Positions 28,876 to 37,865 of a DNA stretch of 64,000 nucleotides are shown one piece after another. Numbering within the stretch: position 1 is the first letter of the stretch; every line of letters begins with the position of its first letter. The stretch comes from an uncultured bacterium. Lineage in GTDB: Bacteria; Eisenbacteria; RBG-16-71-46; CAZHEV01. The notes under the pieces were generated by a model, which searched no databases, was not told the origin of the DNA, and was given only the letters and a program-made list of their open reading frames with translations. The stretch covers positions 130,429 to 194,428 of the forward strand of contig CAZHEV010000003.1 in the NCBI GenBank assembly GCA_964531335.1. Direction: 5' to 3'. Made by a program: the position numbers and the translations under genes.

Positions 28876-30624
28876 ATGGCGCCTCGCACAGCACCGAAAA
28901 CACACGGGGTCCGCTTTCCACCTGGGTCGCGATTCGTCATCGCCGTGGGCGCAGCCTGTCTGATCGCCGCGGCCCTCCTCTCCGGCTGCCGGGGGAACTC
29001 GCCGGAACGCGGCTGGACTATGCTCGGCTACGGCAGCCGGGGCACCAACTTCTATCCCATAGCCTCCGAAGCGGTCGGGCAGGGGTGGAAGCTCCGGGAG
29101 GACACGGGCCTGTCCGTCGGCCACATCAACTACCCTTCGTTCGAGATAGTTGCCGTGCGCGACGGCGAGGACCGGGCTGTGCCCGTGTCGATACACGGCG
29201 CGGAGTGGTCGGGGTGCGAGATCTGGGTGGGGGACAGGGAGGTCCTCAGCGGTGATGGGCTAACCCTCGTCGGCCAGGTGAACGCCGACGGCGGCCCGCA
29301 GGTGGAGCTCGTTCTGAAAAACACATACCACGAGCTGGTGCGCTCCAGCTCCCCCGATTCCCTGCTGGCCATTCGCAATGTGATCATAGCGGGCTTCACC
29401 GACACCCTTATGGCGATGTGCGGCCCGGGGGACAGCCTCGTGGTCCGAAGCGAGCTGTGCTTCGCGGACCTCGACGGCACCGTGGTGAAGCGTATCCCGT
29501 GCAGGGCGGGTGTGAATCGCATCTGTCAGGTCGGCGGGGGGATCCTTGGAAGGCGGGCGGCACTGGTAACGGACCAGTCGTCCTGGCAGGCATCGGACCT
29601 GCTCTACCAGCGTTACTTCAGGGAGGTCTATTCCGCCGGACACGGCCCGATGTACAGGGCTCTTTCGTACAGCTTCGCCGAAGGGATCGCCACGGAGAGA
29701 GGCGTCGCGGCCATCGACCTCGACTCAGGAGAGGAGCTCTGGTTCTACGCCACGGCGAGCTTCCCGTACATGTACGCCGTGCATGACGTCTGCGGGGACG
29801 AGCAGCCGGAGATCCTGCTTGGCTCTTACAGCCCCCACAACTTGATCAATGCGAGCAACATGACCGATCTCGGACATGCTCATGTGATCCTGCTCGACGC
29901 TTACGGCGCTCCGCTGTGGGTCTACACGCTGCCGGGAATCCACATCGGAGCTAGAACGGGCATAGCCCGGTTGGGGACGGGCGCCGAGTACGGAGTTGTC
30001 GTGGCCGCCGGAAACGCCGCCGCCGAGTGGGGGATGCTGGCCGTGCTCGAGCCTTCCGGCGGCGAGGTCATCGCCTTGACGGTGAGCGAGTTCTCCTACA
30101 CCAGCCTTGTAATCGCGGACCTCGACGGGGACGAAGCGGATGAAATAGTGACCGGCACAACGGACGGCCGGTTTCTGGTCCTCAACGGTGACCTGGATGT
30201 GGTCGCCGAGGCCTCGCCGACACCTCCCGATGAGCTCTTCCGGAGGGTATCGTGCTTCGCGCAATGCGCCAACGACATCGACGGTGATGGATCCATAGAG
30301 CTGGTGGGCGCGTGGGCGAAGCTGCGCTTCGAGGAGCCGACCCGCGAGCGATTGATCGCCGGACCCGCCGATACCGCCTCCCTCTGCGTCGGGGTCTTGT
30401 CGCGGGATCTGGAGCTCTTGGACAGCTTCTGGATCGAACCGGAGCGGGGAGCGCCCGCCTTCGCATGGCATCAGCCTCCCGCCTACTTCGCGCGGGTGTG
30501 CGACGTCGACGGCGACCGGGTAAACGACATAGTGACGAGCTACGGCGGCAGGCTGAGGGTCCTCTCGCCGACCCCTCCGCGTGATATGGCAAAGGCGTCG
30601 GCCGGGGAGGTGAGCGCGGATTGA
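28876..30624 (+). CDS. Lipoprotein with FG-GAP/VCBS-like beta-propeller repeats
   Basis: Signal peptide plus lipobox (AVGAACLIAAALLSGC), and repeated DLDGDEADEIV / DIDGDGSIELVG / DVDGDRVNDIV calcium-binding-like motifs. AGGAGAG RBS; TGA overlaps the TTG start of the next gene. Confidence 0.6.
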   Translation: MAPRTAPKTHGVRFPPGSRFVIAVGAACLIAAALLSGCRGNSPERGWTMLGYGSRGTNFYPIASEAVGQGWKLREDTGLSVGHINYPSFEIVAVRDGEDRAVPVSIHGAEWSGCEIWVGDREVLSGDGLTLVGQVNADGGPQVELVLKNTYHELVRSSSPDSLLAIRNVIIAGFTDTLMAMCGPGDSLVVRSELCFADLDGTVVKRIPCRAGVNRICQVGGGILGRRAALVTDQSSWQASDLLYQRYFREVYSAGHGPMYRALSYSFAEGIATERGVAAIDLDSGEELWFYATASFPYMYAVHDVCGDEQPEILLGSYSPHNLINASNMTDLGHAHVILLDAYGAPLWVYTLPGIHIGARTGIARLGTGAEYGVVVAAGNAAAEWGMLAVLEPSGGEVIALTVSEFSYTSLVIADLDGDEADEIVTGTTDGRFLVLNGDLDVVAEASPTPPDELFRRVSCFAQCANDIDGDGSIELVGAWAKLRFEEPTRERLIAGPADTASLCVGVLSRDLELLDSFWIEPERGAPAFAWHQPPAYFARVCDVDGDRVNDIVTSYGGRLRVLSPTPPRDMAKASAGEVSAD

Positions 30625-33233
30625 GACGCCGACTGAGATCTCTCGTCACGCTTTCCCCATATGCTCTCCTGCTCCTTCCCGCGTGCCTTTGTTGCATCTG
30701 CCTTGCCCTGCCGGCCCAGGCCGCTGAAACGCCGGGTCTTTTCTACCGCCGGCTCCCGCCCTTTATCCCCGAGGGCATATCTTCCGCGTGCCTGGTCTCT
30801 TACGGGACGGACCGGCACGCCGTGGTCTGCGCTCTGCGCGACGGATCGCTCCTGGGTATGATCTATCTCTCAAGTGACGACAACTTTCTAATAAACACTT
30901 TTCATGAATGCGACGATCCTGTTCTCGATCTCACCGTATTCGACATGCAGGTTCGAGGAAAGGCGACGAAATGCTTCGCCGGAATAGGAGCCAGGACACT
31001 GCATCTTTTCTCGGGCGATTTCGCCCTTTTGCTCGAAAAGGAGTTCGAGGGCGCCGAAGCGCCGGCTTTCTTCCTACAGGGAGACGCAGGCGGGCGCGGG
31101 CCTGAAAGCCGCTTGTATTTCTGTAGGGGAAGTGCGGTCTATTCGCTCGCGCTGCCGGGACTGAAGGAGGAGCGGATAGCTACGCTGCCGGCGCCCGCCT
31201 GCGCGGCGCGACTGTGCGTGACGGCGGACGGAGAGAGGCTGGCGGTGGGAGTCACGGAGGGAGGAGACCTGTGGACGGTGGACGTCGAACGAGGATCCGC
31301 GCATGTGGAGCCGAGCGGCCTGCGACCTGTTACCGGGTTGGACCGGAGCGATCTGAACGGAGAACGCGAGGGCTTTCCGGTCTGCGTTTTTCGTGACGGC
31401 CACGGCGGGGCCCGCCTGGCCGTCGCTCATCTAGGCGACGCCGGCGGATCGGCGGCGGCGGCCGTGACATGCTTCGCAATATCGCGCGACGGTATGGAGG
31501 AGCTCTGGACGGTGGACTTCCCGGAGGGTCCATGTATCTCCCTAGCCGCAGGGGATTCGGCCCTGTACGCGGGCGGCGGCACCATCTGGAGGGGCGAGGG
31601 CACGGGAGGATGGATACGAAGGTACGGCCTCGATGGAGAAATGGAGCGCGAGCTGCGGGTGCCGTGCCCGGTGGGATATATCCGGCGCGTGGGAGAGACG
31701 ATCTGCGCCCTGGACCGCATCTCCGACGGCGGGCGACACGATAGCTGGTGTCTCACCGTGGCCTCCCCATCGCTCCGGCGCCTCTGGATGGAAAGCTGCG
31801 TTTTGAACCCAAAGGGGATACTCGCGGGGGACATAGGCGGCGACTCGCGGAAGGACATCGTGGTGGTGGGAGACGTGCTGCGCTTCGTCGGGGAGAGGGG
31901 GGTCCAAGGCGAGCGCGGAGAGGTCGACTGCTATATAAACCGGATGGGCGTGCTCGAGAGGATGGCGCAGACCCACGAGGAAAGCGCCGACGACTTATCG
32001 GCGGAGGGCCAAATCCGCGAGGCCGAAGATGCCCTTTCGCTTGCCCGTTCGATCAGATGGTCCCTCGCAGACGAGGACGCCGCGGGGAGGATTGGAGACA
32101 AGCTGGAAGAAATGAGACTTGCCGAGGCCAGGATGGAGCGGCTCGAGACGGTCACCCTCGTAGTCCTGGCGGTCTTTCTCGTGCCGGTCGTATGGAAGCG
32201 CAAGACCATATCCGCGTTGGCGGAGCGGATCGCCGCCGGCCTGTTCCCGGGCTCACGCAAAGAGAAAGCGCTGAGGGAGCCGCCTTCGGTAAGCCTCGTC
32301 CAGTCCGTTCTGGAGTTCCAGCACAGCGGATCCATCAGCAAGGCGCTCACACGCCTCGGCTTCAACCTCGCCAACACGAATCCACGTACCGAACGAGGTC
32401 GCGAGGCCGCCGCGACGGCCGCCGGGCTGGCGCAGAGCTTCGAAGCCAATTTCAGACGCCAGATCGAAGATATAGCTTCGATCATCAACGAGGTCACCAG
32501 GGACGCACCCGGCCATGGAGAGTCGCTGCAACGCTCGCTCGAGGACCGGTTCTCCGATCTGAAGGAAGAGATACCCGTCTTCGTGGATGCCGTGAGCGCG
32601 GGAGAGGGGCTCACGGAGGCGGCATCGCGTCTGGACAACGCCTGTGAGCGTCTCAAGTCCGCGGTCCTGGATGTGGCCAGGGCGGTCAATCGATCGTTCT
32701 TCTGCTCTGTTGGTGACGCCCTGTCCATGGTGCTCGCGAACGAGGAGAGATCGCTGGCCGAAGCCGGGGTGATCGCGAGGGTGCACGATACGAGATCCAG
32801 GGAGCTCGGCGTTGTGATACGTCCCCATCACCTGATATTCGTGCTTCAGAACCTGGTGGAGAACGCCATAAGGGCGATGTCGCAAAGCGAGGAGAAGGTG
32901 TTGTCCGTCACCGTAAGGGTCGAGGGCGTGGACACGGTGGTCGAGGTGAGCGACACCGGAGCGGGAGTGCCGCAGGCGCTGCGCGGGGTGATCTTCGACG
33001 CGGGCGGTTCCCGGGCTCCAAGCGCGGACTCGCGGGGGAAAGGCGGATTCGGTCTGAATCACTCCAGAAAGCTGCTCCAGGAGTACGGAGGATCCGTTCG
33101 TCTCCTGGGCACCTCCTCGTCAAAGGGATCCACCTTCGCCGTCGGGCTAAGGACATGGCCCCGTGGGGCGCCGATCCCCCGGGATGAGGAAAGAAGCTCC
33201 GGTGAAGGGCCGGCGCGCGGGAGGCCGATGTAG
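30621..33233 (+). CDS. Sensor kinase-like protein: large periplasmic beta-propeller-like domain, 1 TM, C-terminal HATPase_c, no recognisable H-box
   Basis: Signal peptide, about 480-aa periplasmic domain, TM helix (LVVLAVFLVPVVW), N-box LQNLVENAIRAM, G1 DTGAGVP, G2 GGFGLNHSR. No HExxTPL-type phospho-His motif seen in the 250-aa linker. Confidence 0.6.
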   Translation: MRRRLRSLVTLSPYALLLLPACLCCICLALPAQAAETPGLFYRRLPPFIPEGISSACLVSYGTDRHAVVCALRDGSLLGMIYLSSDDNFLINTFHECDDPVLDLTVFDMQVRGKATKCFAGIGARTLHLFSGDFALLLEKEFEGAEAPAFFLQGDAGGRGPESRLYFCRGSAVYSLALPGLKEERIATLPAPACAARLCVTADGERLAVGVTEGGDLWTVDVERGSAHVEPSGLRPVTGLDRSDLNGEREGFPVCVFRDGHGGARLAVAHLGDAGGSAAAAVTCFAISRDGMEELWTVDFPEGPCISLAAGDSALYAGGGTIWRGEGTGGWIRRYGLDGEMERELRVPCPVGYIRRVGETICALDRISDGGRHDSWCLTVASPSLRRLWMESCVLNPKGILAGDIGGDSRKDIVVVGDVLRFVGERGVQGERGEVDCYINRMGVLERMAQTHEESADDLSAEGQIREAEDALSLARSIRWSLADEDAAGRIGDKLEEMRLAEARMERLETVTLVVLAVFLVPVVWKRKTISALAERIAAGLFPGSRKEKALREPPSVSLVQSVLEFQHSGSISKALTRLGFNLANTNPRTERGREAAATAAGLAQSFEANFRRQIEDIASIINEVTRDAPGHGESLQRSLEDRFSDLKEEIPVFVDAVSAGEGLTEAASRLDNACERLKSAVLDVARAVNRSFFCSVGDALSMVLANEERSLAEAGVIARVHDTRSRELGVVIRPHHLIFVLQNLVENAIRAMSQSEEKVLSVTVRVEGVDTVVEVSDTGAGVPQALRGVIFDAGGSRAPSADSRGKGGFGLNHSRKLLQEYGGSVRLLGTSSSKGSTFAVGLRTWPRGAPIPRDEERSSGEGPARGRPM

Positions 33234-33267
33234 GGCGAGGACGCCGATGGAAAGAGGGAAACACCTT

Positions 33268-34668
33268 ATGTCCACGCGATTGCTCATCGTCGACGATGAC
33301 CAGGGTTATTTGAACGACCTCATATCGCAGCTCGAGTCCAGGTACGAGTGCCTGGGAGCGAGCAGCCGCGAGCGGGCCTTGGACCTCATGGAGTCTCATG
33401 CCCCGGACGTGGTCGTGACCGACGTCTTTCTCGAGGGCGAGCGTCCGACCGGGTTCGATTTGCTCGTGGAGTTGAAGAAAAGGGATGAGACTCTACCGGT
33501 CGTCCTGATCAGCGAGCGCCATGATCTTTCATTGGTCCTCGAGCTGGCCGTTCAGGGCGGAGGAGTGGAAGGAGACGGATATCTCGGTAAGCCGTTCTCG
33601 GTGGAGGAGCTCGAAGACAGGATCGAATCCGCCTTGCGCATGAGGAGGGCCGCCGAGGCCTTGGCCCGTCAGAGCGCAGGCCCCGCGGACACGGAGATAG
33701 TGGCCGCCGGCGCGTCCATGCAAAGGGCGATGAGAATGCTGGAAACGTACGCCCCCACCGATGCGACGGTGCTCCTGTTGGGAGAGACGGGCACGGGAAA
33801 GACGCTGTTGGCCAGGGAGCTGCACAGGCGCAGCAGAAGGGCAAGGAAGGCGTTCATAGAGGTGCAGTGCCCCAACCTGCAGCGAGAGCTCGTAAGGAGC
33901 GAGCTCTTCGGGCACGAGAAAGGCTCCTTCACCGGAGCCGGGGAGAGAAGCAAGGGGCGCTGCGAGATCGCGGACGGGGGCACTCTGTGCCTGGAGGAGA
34001 TCGGCGACCTCGAACCGGGCGTACAGGGGTGCCTGCTTAGGCTCCTGGAGGAAGGGGCCTTCGAGCGCGTCGGGGGCGGCGCGACGATCAACGTCGATGT
34101 CAGAGTGATAGCGGTGACCAACGTCGACCTGGAGGAACAAGTGAGGCGGGGCGCTTTCCGCAAAGACCTCTACTACAGATTGAGCCAGTGCCCAATAACG
34201 ATCGACCCGCTGCGAGAGAGAAAGGAGGACATCGAGCCCCTTGCCCGTCGCTTCCTGGACATGTACTGCAGGAAATACTCCGTCATGGTCGAAGGCATAA
34301 GCGCAGATGCCATGGACATGATGCGCGCCTACGAATGGCAGGGCAACGTCCGCGAGCTCGATCACATAATGATGCTCTCCGTCATGAACAGAAAGGCGTC
34401 GGGGAGCACGGGAGAGCTGCGTCCCGAGGAGCTCAGAATAGGTGAGTCGAGCCTCGAGGGCCGGTCATCCCGAATGACATATGATGATCTCAAAGAACAT
34501 CAGCTCCAGGAGTCGAGGAGATACTTCTCTGGGGTTCTCGCCCAAGCCGGCGGCGACGCCGCGAAGGCCTCGAGGATCGCGGGGATACCGCGAGGGAGCC
34601 TTTACCGCAAGTTGAAAAGTCTCGGGATCAGTCCCGGCAAAGGCGGCGGCAAAAGCGTGACGGATTAA
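33268..34668 (+). CDS. Sigma-54-dependent response regulator (NtrC family: REC-AAA+-HTH)
   Basis: REC (LLIVDDDQ...VVVTDVFL), Walker A GETGTGKT, GAFTGA-like GSFTGA, ESELFGHEKGSFTGA, and a C-terminal Fis-type HTH. AGAGGGAA RBS before ATG 33268. Confidence 0.85.
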   Translation: MSTRLLIVDDDQGYLNDLISQLESRYECLGASSRERALDLMESHAPDVVVTDVFLEGERPTGFDLLVELKKRDETLPVVLISERHDLSLVLELAVQGGGVEGDGYLGKPFSVEELEDRIESALRMRRAAEALARQSAGPADTEIVAAGASMQRAMRMLETYAPTDATVLLLGETGTGKTLLARELHRRSRRARKAFIEVQCPNLQRELVRSELFGHEKGSFTGAGERSKGRCEIADGGTLCLEEIGDLEPGVQGCLLRLLEEGAFERVGGGATINVDVRVIAVTNVDLEEQVRRGAFRKDLYYRLSQCPITIDPLRERKEDIEPLARRFLDMYCRKYSVMVEGISADAMDMMRAYEWQGNVRELDHIMMLSVMNRKASGSTGELRPEELRIGESSLEGRSSRMTYDDLKEHQLQESRRYFSGVLAQAGGDAAKASRIAGIPRGSLYRKLKSLGISPGKGGGKSVTD

Positions 34669-34930
34669 CCCGCTCCGCGCCCGGCCGTCGCCCCGAGCCG
34701 CGCTTCCTGTCACATTTCCGCGATTTGATTCTCGCCATCGTGAATCCCGTAACCTTTAGACCCCCATGTAAATAGAGAATTCGCTTTCCCGCGCCGTCAC
34801 CGAGTTGAGAATCCCGGCCGGCGCGGGGCATGGCGGCAGCGACGACCGCGCGCCGGCTTCACCTCCACATCTTCATGTAGCACAGGCAGTAGCGTCGATG
34901 CACGCCTTTGCGCCCGCGGCGAAGGTCCGG

Positions 34931-34946
34931 TGGCACGGCTGGTGCA
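34931..34946 (+). promoter_or_regulatory. Sigma-54 (-24/-12) promoter upstream of the stand-alone receiver gene
   Basis: TGGCACG-gctg-GTGCA versus consensus TGGCACG-N4-TTGCA (one mismatch). About 70 nt upstream of the REC ORF and about 260 nt downstream of the NtrC-family activator gene. Confidence 0.55.
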
Positions 34947-35015
34947 AAGGATGGGGTCGGTTGTGGCTGCATGGGCTGCGTGTGCTTCGTAATGTCCTCC
35001 GACTAGCGGGAGGTT

Positions 35016-35417
35016 ATGGGGTTGTACGGTTCAGGAGATCAGAAGCTCATTCTGCTGGTGGACGACGACAGCGGGTTCCACAGGGACTTCGCTGCCATGC
35101 TCTCACCCAAATACCGCCTCCTGAGCGCGTACAACCCCTCGGAGGCCCTGCGGCTCGCCAAGATCGAAACGCCGTACGTGGCCCTCATGGACTTGCACCT
35201 GCCGCTGACGACCGCCGGATACGAGTACTCCGCGGGGCTCGAGCTGCTCGAGGAGATGCACAAGGTCACCTACGGCGAGCTTCCCATCATAATGCTGATC
35301 GACTGCGATATAGAGCATGGACTGTGCGAGCACATTCTGACCAGAGCCAGGGGCATCATCAAGAAGCCGAGGGAGATGAAGGCCCTGCTGGACGAGATGG
35401 AACGGTGCCTGGGGTAG
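35016..35417 (+). CDS. Single-domain response-regulator receiver (CheY-like) protein
   Basis: LILLVDDDSGF...VALMDLHLP...IIMLID. 133 aa with no output domain. Confidence 0.65.
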   Translation: MGLYGSGDQKLILLVDDDSGFHRDFAAMLSPKYRLLSAYNPSEALRLAKIETPYVALMDLHLPLTTAGYEYSAGLELLEEMHKVTYGELPIIMLIDCDIEHGLCEHILTRARGIIKKPREMKALLDEMERCLG

Positions 35418-35440
35418 TTGGGTAGACTGGATAGGCCGCG

Positions 35441-35487
35441 CCCCGCCGGGTGCGCTTTCGGCGAATTCCGGCGGGGTTGTTTTTTTC
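35441..35487 (+). terminator. Candidate intrinsic terminator after the REC gene
   Basis: CCCGCCGG ... CCGGCGGG inverted repeat followed by GTTGTTTTTTT. The loop is long (about 18 nt). Confidence 0.4.
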
Positions 35488-35489
35488 TC

Positions 35490-35518
35490 TTGACGGGCGA
35501 ACATATGTTCGGTATCAT
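35490..35518 (+). promoter_or_regulatory. lexA promoter with embedded Cheo-type LexA box
   Basis: -35 TTGACG (35490-35495), 17-nt spacer, -10 TATCAT (35513-35518). The perfect palindrome CGAACATATGTTCG (35498-35511) matches CGAACRNRYGTTCG, lies in the spacer and overlaps the -10. Confidence 0.7.
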
Positions 35519-35556
35519 ATGTATAGTCTGAATCGTGAAGGAAAGAAGGGCTTGCA

Positions 35557-36174
35557 ATGAAAGAGCTTACAGATCGGCAGAGGGACGTTCTCGATGTGAT
35601 TCTCTCCTCGGTGGGGGAGACCGGGCGCTTTCCCTCCTACAGGGAGATAGGCCGGGAGCTGGGCATGAGCTCCGTGGCCACGGTCGGCCAGCACATGGAG
35701 GCCCTCGTGGCCAAGGGAGCCCTCAGAAGGGACGGCGACCTCCTTGCGGTGAATCCTGCCCTGAGGGGCGACAAGGGGATCCCCATAGTGGGCCGGATCG
35801 CGGCCGGCGCCCCCATAACGGCCATCGAGCACCTGGAGGGGACATTGGACCTGGCGGGAATCGTAGGCCGCGGGGGGACACACTACGCCGTGAGAGTAAA
35901 GGGCGACAGCATGGTCGAGGCGGGTATCCACGGGGGAGATCTGGTCGTGGTGCGCCTTCAGTCGACCGCCGAGAGCGGCGACACGGTTGTCGCGTACCTC
36001 GGCGAGGAGCAGGAGGCGACGGTCAAGGTTCTCTACAAGCGCAGATGGGGTTACGAGCTTCAGCCCCGGAACGCGGATTACGAGATCATAAAGATAAGGA
36101 GAGACGATCCTCACTTCCGCCTGGGCGGGAAAGTGGTGGCCGTGGTGAGGAAGCTGTCGGGCAAGAAGGTATAA
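35557..36174 (+). CDS. lexA: LexA repressor (SOS regulator, S24 peptidase)
   Basis: N-terminal wHTH (LTDRQRDVLDVI...YREIGRELGMSS), AG cleavage site (IAAGAP), catalytic Ser (KGDSM) and Lys (VKVLYKR). Confidence 0.9.
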   Translation: MKELTDRQRDVLDVILSSVGETGRFPSYREIGRELGMSSVATVGQHMEALVAKGALRRDGDLLAVNPALRGDKGIPIVGRIAAGAPITAIEHLEGTLDLAGIVGRGGTHYAVRVKGDSMVEAGIHGGDLVVVRLQSTAESGDTVVAYLGEEQEATVKVLYKRRWGYELQPRNADYEIIKIRRDDPHFRLGGKVVAVVRKLSGKKV

Positions 36175-36180
36175 CGGGAA

Positions 36181-36435
36181 ATGCAGGTAGAGCACTTGAA
36201 CGAAGCGATCAAGGTAAGGGCGGATTTTCAAGGCGGCAGGATCGTACCGCTCGTCTTCAAGCGGAAGGACAAGAACTACAGGGTGACGCAGGTCAACGCC
36301 GCCTGGGAGGACAGGGAGGGTACGCAAAAGCTCTACTTCTTCTCCGTGACCGCCGACAGCGGAGACGTCTATCAACTGCGATTGAGCGGCAAGGACATGA
36401 CCTGGTATGTCGACCTGGTGATGATGGAGGGGTAG
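36181..36435 (+). CDS. Hypothetical 84-aa protein inside the lexA-polIV-dnaE2 cassette
   Basis: ORF begins 7 nt after the lexA stop on the same strand (MQVEHLNEAIKVRADFQGGRIVPLVFKRKDKNYRVTQVN...). No family recognised. Confidence 0.45.
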   Translation: MQVEHLNEAIKVRADFQGGRIVPLVFKRKDKNYRVTQVNAAWEDREGTQKLYFFSVTADSGDVYQLRLSGKDMTWYVDLVMMEG

Positions 36436-36662
36436 CGGGAGCGGACGGGAGCCACCCACCGTGACTGATTGATTCCGTTCCTGGCTTCTGTCCCACCGGC
36501 CCCCCATCGTCGCCGGGCGCACGGAGCGACCGCGGATCCGAGCGCGTCGCCGAGGATCTCTCCCGCCTTGTGCCGGGCCGGAAAGCCTGGTCATGGCCTC
36601 CGGCGAGATCCGGCTTCGTTCTGAAGTCATAAGCTATCTCTTCCTCCATAAGGGCCCCCTGA

Positions 36663-37865
36663 ATGAGCTCGTCGATAATGCACGTGGACATAGACGCCTT
36701 CTTCGCGTCCGTAGAGCAGCTGCGCAATCCGTCCCTTCGCGGCCGGCCCGTCATCGTGGGGGCCGGCGTGATAGCGAGCTGCTCCTACGAGGCGAGGCGT
36801 TACGGCCTCAAGGCCGGGATGCCGTTGCGCGAGGCGATGCGGCTGTGCCCGGGCGCGGTGATCCTGGACGGCCACGCGCAGGTCTATCGCTGCTTCGCCG
36901 AGCGGGTGTTCGACGTGTGCCGGGAGATCGCGCCGGGCGTTGAGACGCACCTGGACGAGGCCTACTGCGACCTCGGGGGGACCGCGGCTCTCTATGGTGA
37001 CGCGGTCCGCGCCGGCGAGAGGCTGCGCCGGGAGGTCGAGCTGCGGGTGGGCCTTTCGGTGACCGTGGGGCTCGGCGGCAACCGCATGATCGCGAAGCTG
37101 GCCGGGACGACGGTGAAGCCGGGCGGGGTGAGGGTCATAGAGGACGGGCGGGAGCGCGAGTTCGTGGAGGGGATTCCCGTGCGGGATATCCCCGGCGTGG
37201 GCCGCGCGAGGGCGGAGGTGCTTCGAAAGCTCAACGTTCGGACCGCCGGCGACCTGGCGGCCTTTCCGCTTCCGCACCTTCGCATGCTCTTCGGCCGAAA
37301 CGGCGAGGTGCTCTACAGGCGGTGCAGGGGATCGGACGGCGGCCTGCTCGACAACGAGATCCCCAAGTCCATTTCCAGGGAGACCAGCTTCCAGCACGAG
37401 ACGGGGGACCGGGGCGAGATAGAGGGAACGTTGCGATATCTCGTAGGGCGCGCGGCCAGGACGCTGCGTGGGCTGGCGCTCTCGGCGCGAACCGTCTCCG
37501 TCAGGGTGCGGTACGCGGACGGCGAGGGCCGGGAGAGGGCGCGCACGATGCCCCGACCGGCGCGTCTCGACACGGAGCTGTTCGAGCTGTGCCTCTCCTT
37601 GGTCGGGCCGATGCTGGAGCGCCGGTGCGGGCTGCGCCTGGCCGGCGTGTCGCTGTCCTGTCTCTGCCGGGGGTCGGCTCCGCAGGGGGATCTGTACGAA
37701 GAGAGCAGGTCGTTCCGGGAGGCTGAGCTGTGCGGCGGCCTGGACAGGGTGCGCGATCGTTTCGGACACGGCGCCGTCGTGTCGGGGCGTGCTTTATATC
37801 TTATGGGCAAGGTAAAGAGGGACAGATATGGATATATCCTACGCACCCCTTCGCTTACGAAGTAA
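36663..37865 (+). CDS. dinB: Y-family DNA polymerase (Pol IV/DinB-like, catalytic residues intact)
   Basis: HVDIDAFFASVE (catalytic Asp pair) and HLDEAYCDL (Asp-Glu) conserved as in E. coli DinB D8/D103/E104. 3' end overlaps dnaE2 by 38 nt. Confidence 0.75.
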   Translation: MSSSIMHVDIDAFFASVEQLRNPSLRGRPVIVGAGVIASCSYEARRYGLKAGMPLREAMRLCPGAVILDGHAQVYRCFAERVFDVCREIAPGVETHLDEAYCDLGGTAALYGDAVRAGERLRREVELRVGLSVTVGLGGNRMIAKLAGTTVKPGGVRVIEDGREREFVEGIPVRDIPGVGRARAEVLRKLNVRTAGDLAAFPLPHLRMLFGRNGEVLYRRCRGSDGGLLDNEIPKSISRETSFQHETGDRGEIEGTLRYLVGRAARTLRGLALSARTVSVRVRYADGEGRERARTMPRPARLDTELFELCLSLVGPMLERRCGLRLAGVSLSCLCRGSAPQGDLYEESRSFREAELCGGLDRVRDRFGHGAVVSGRALYLMGKVKRDRYGYILRTPSLTK

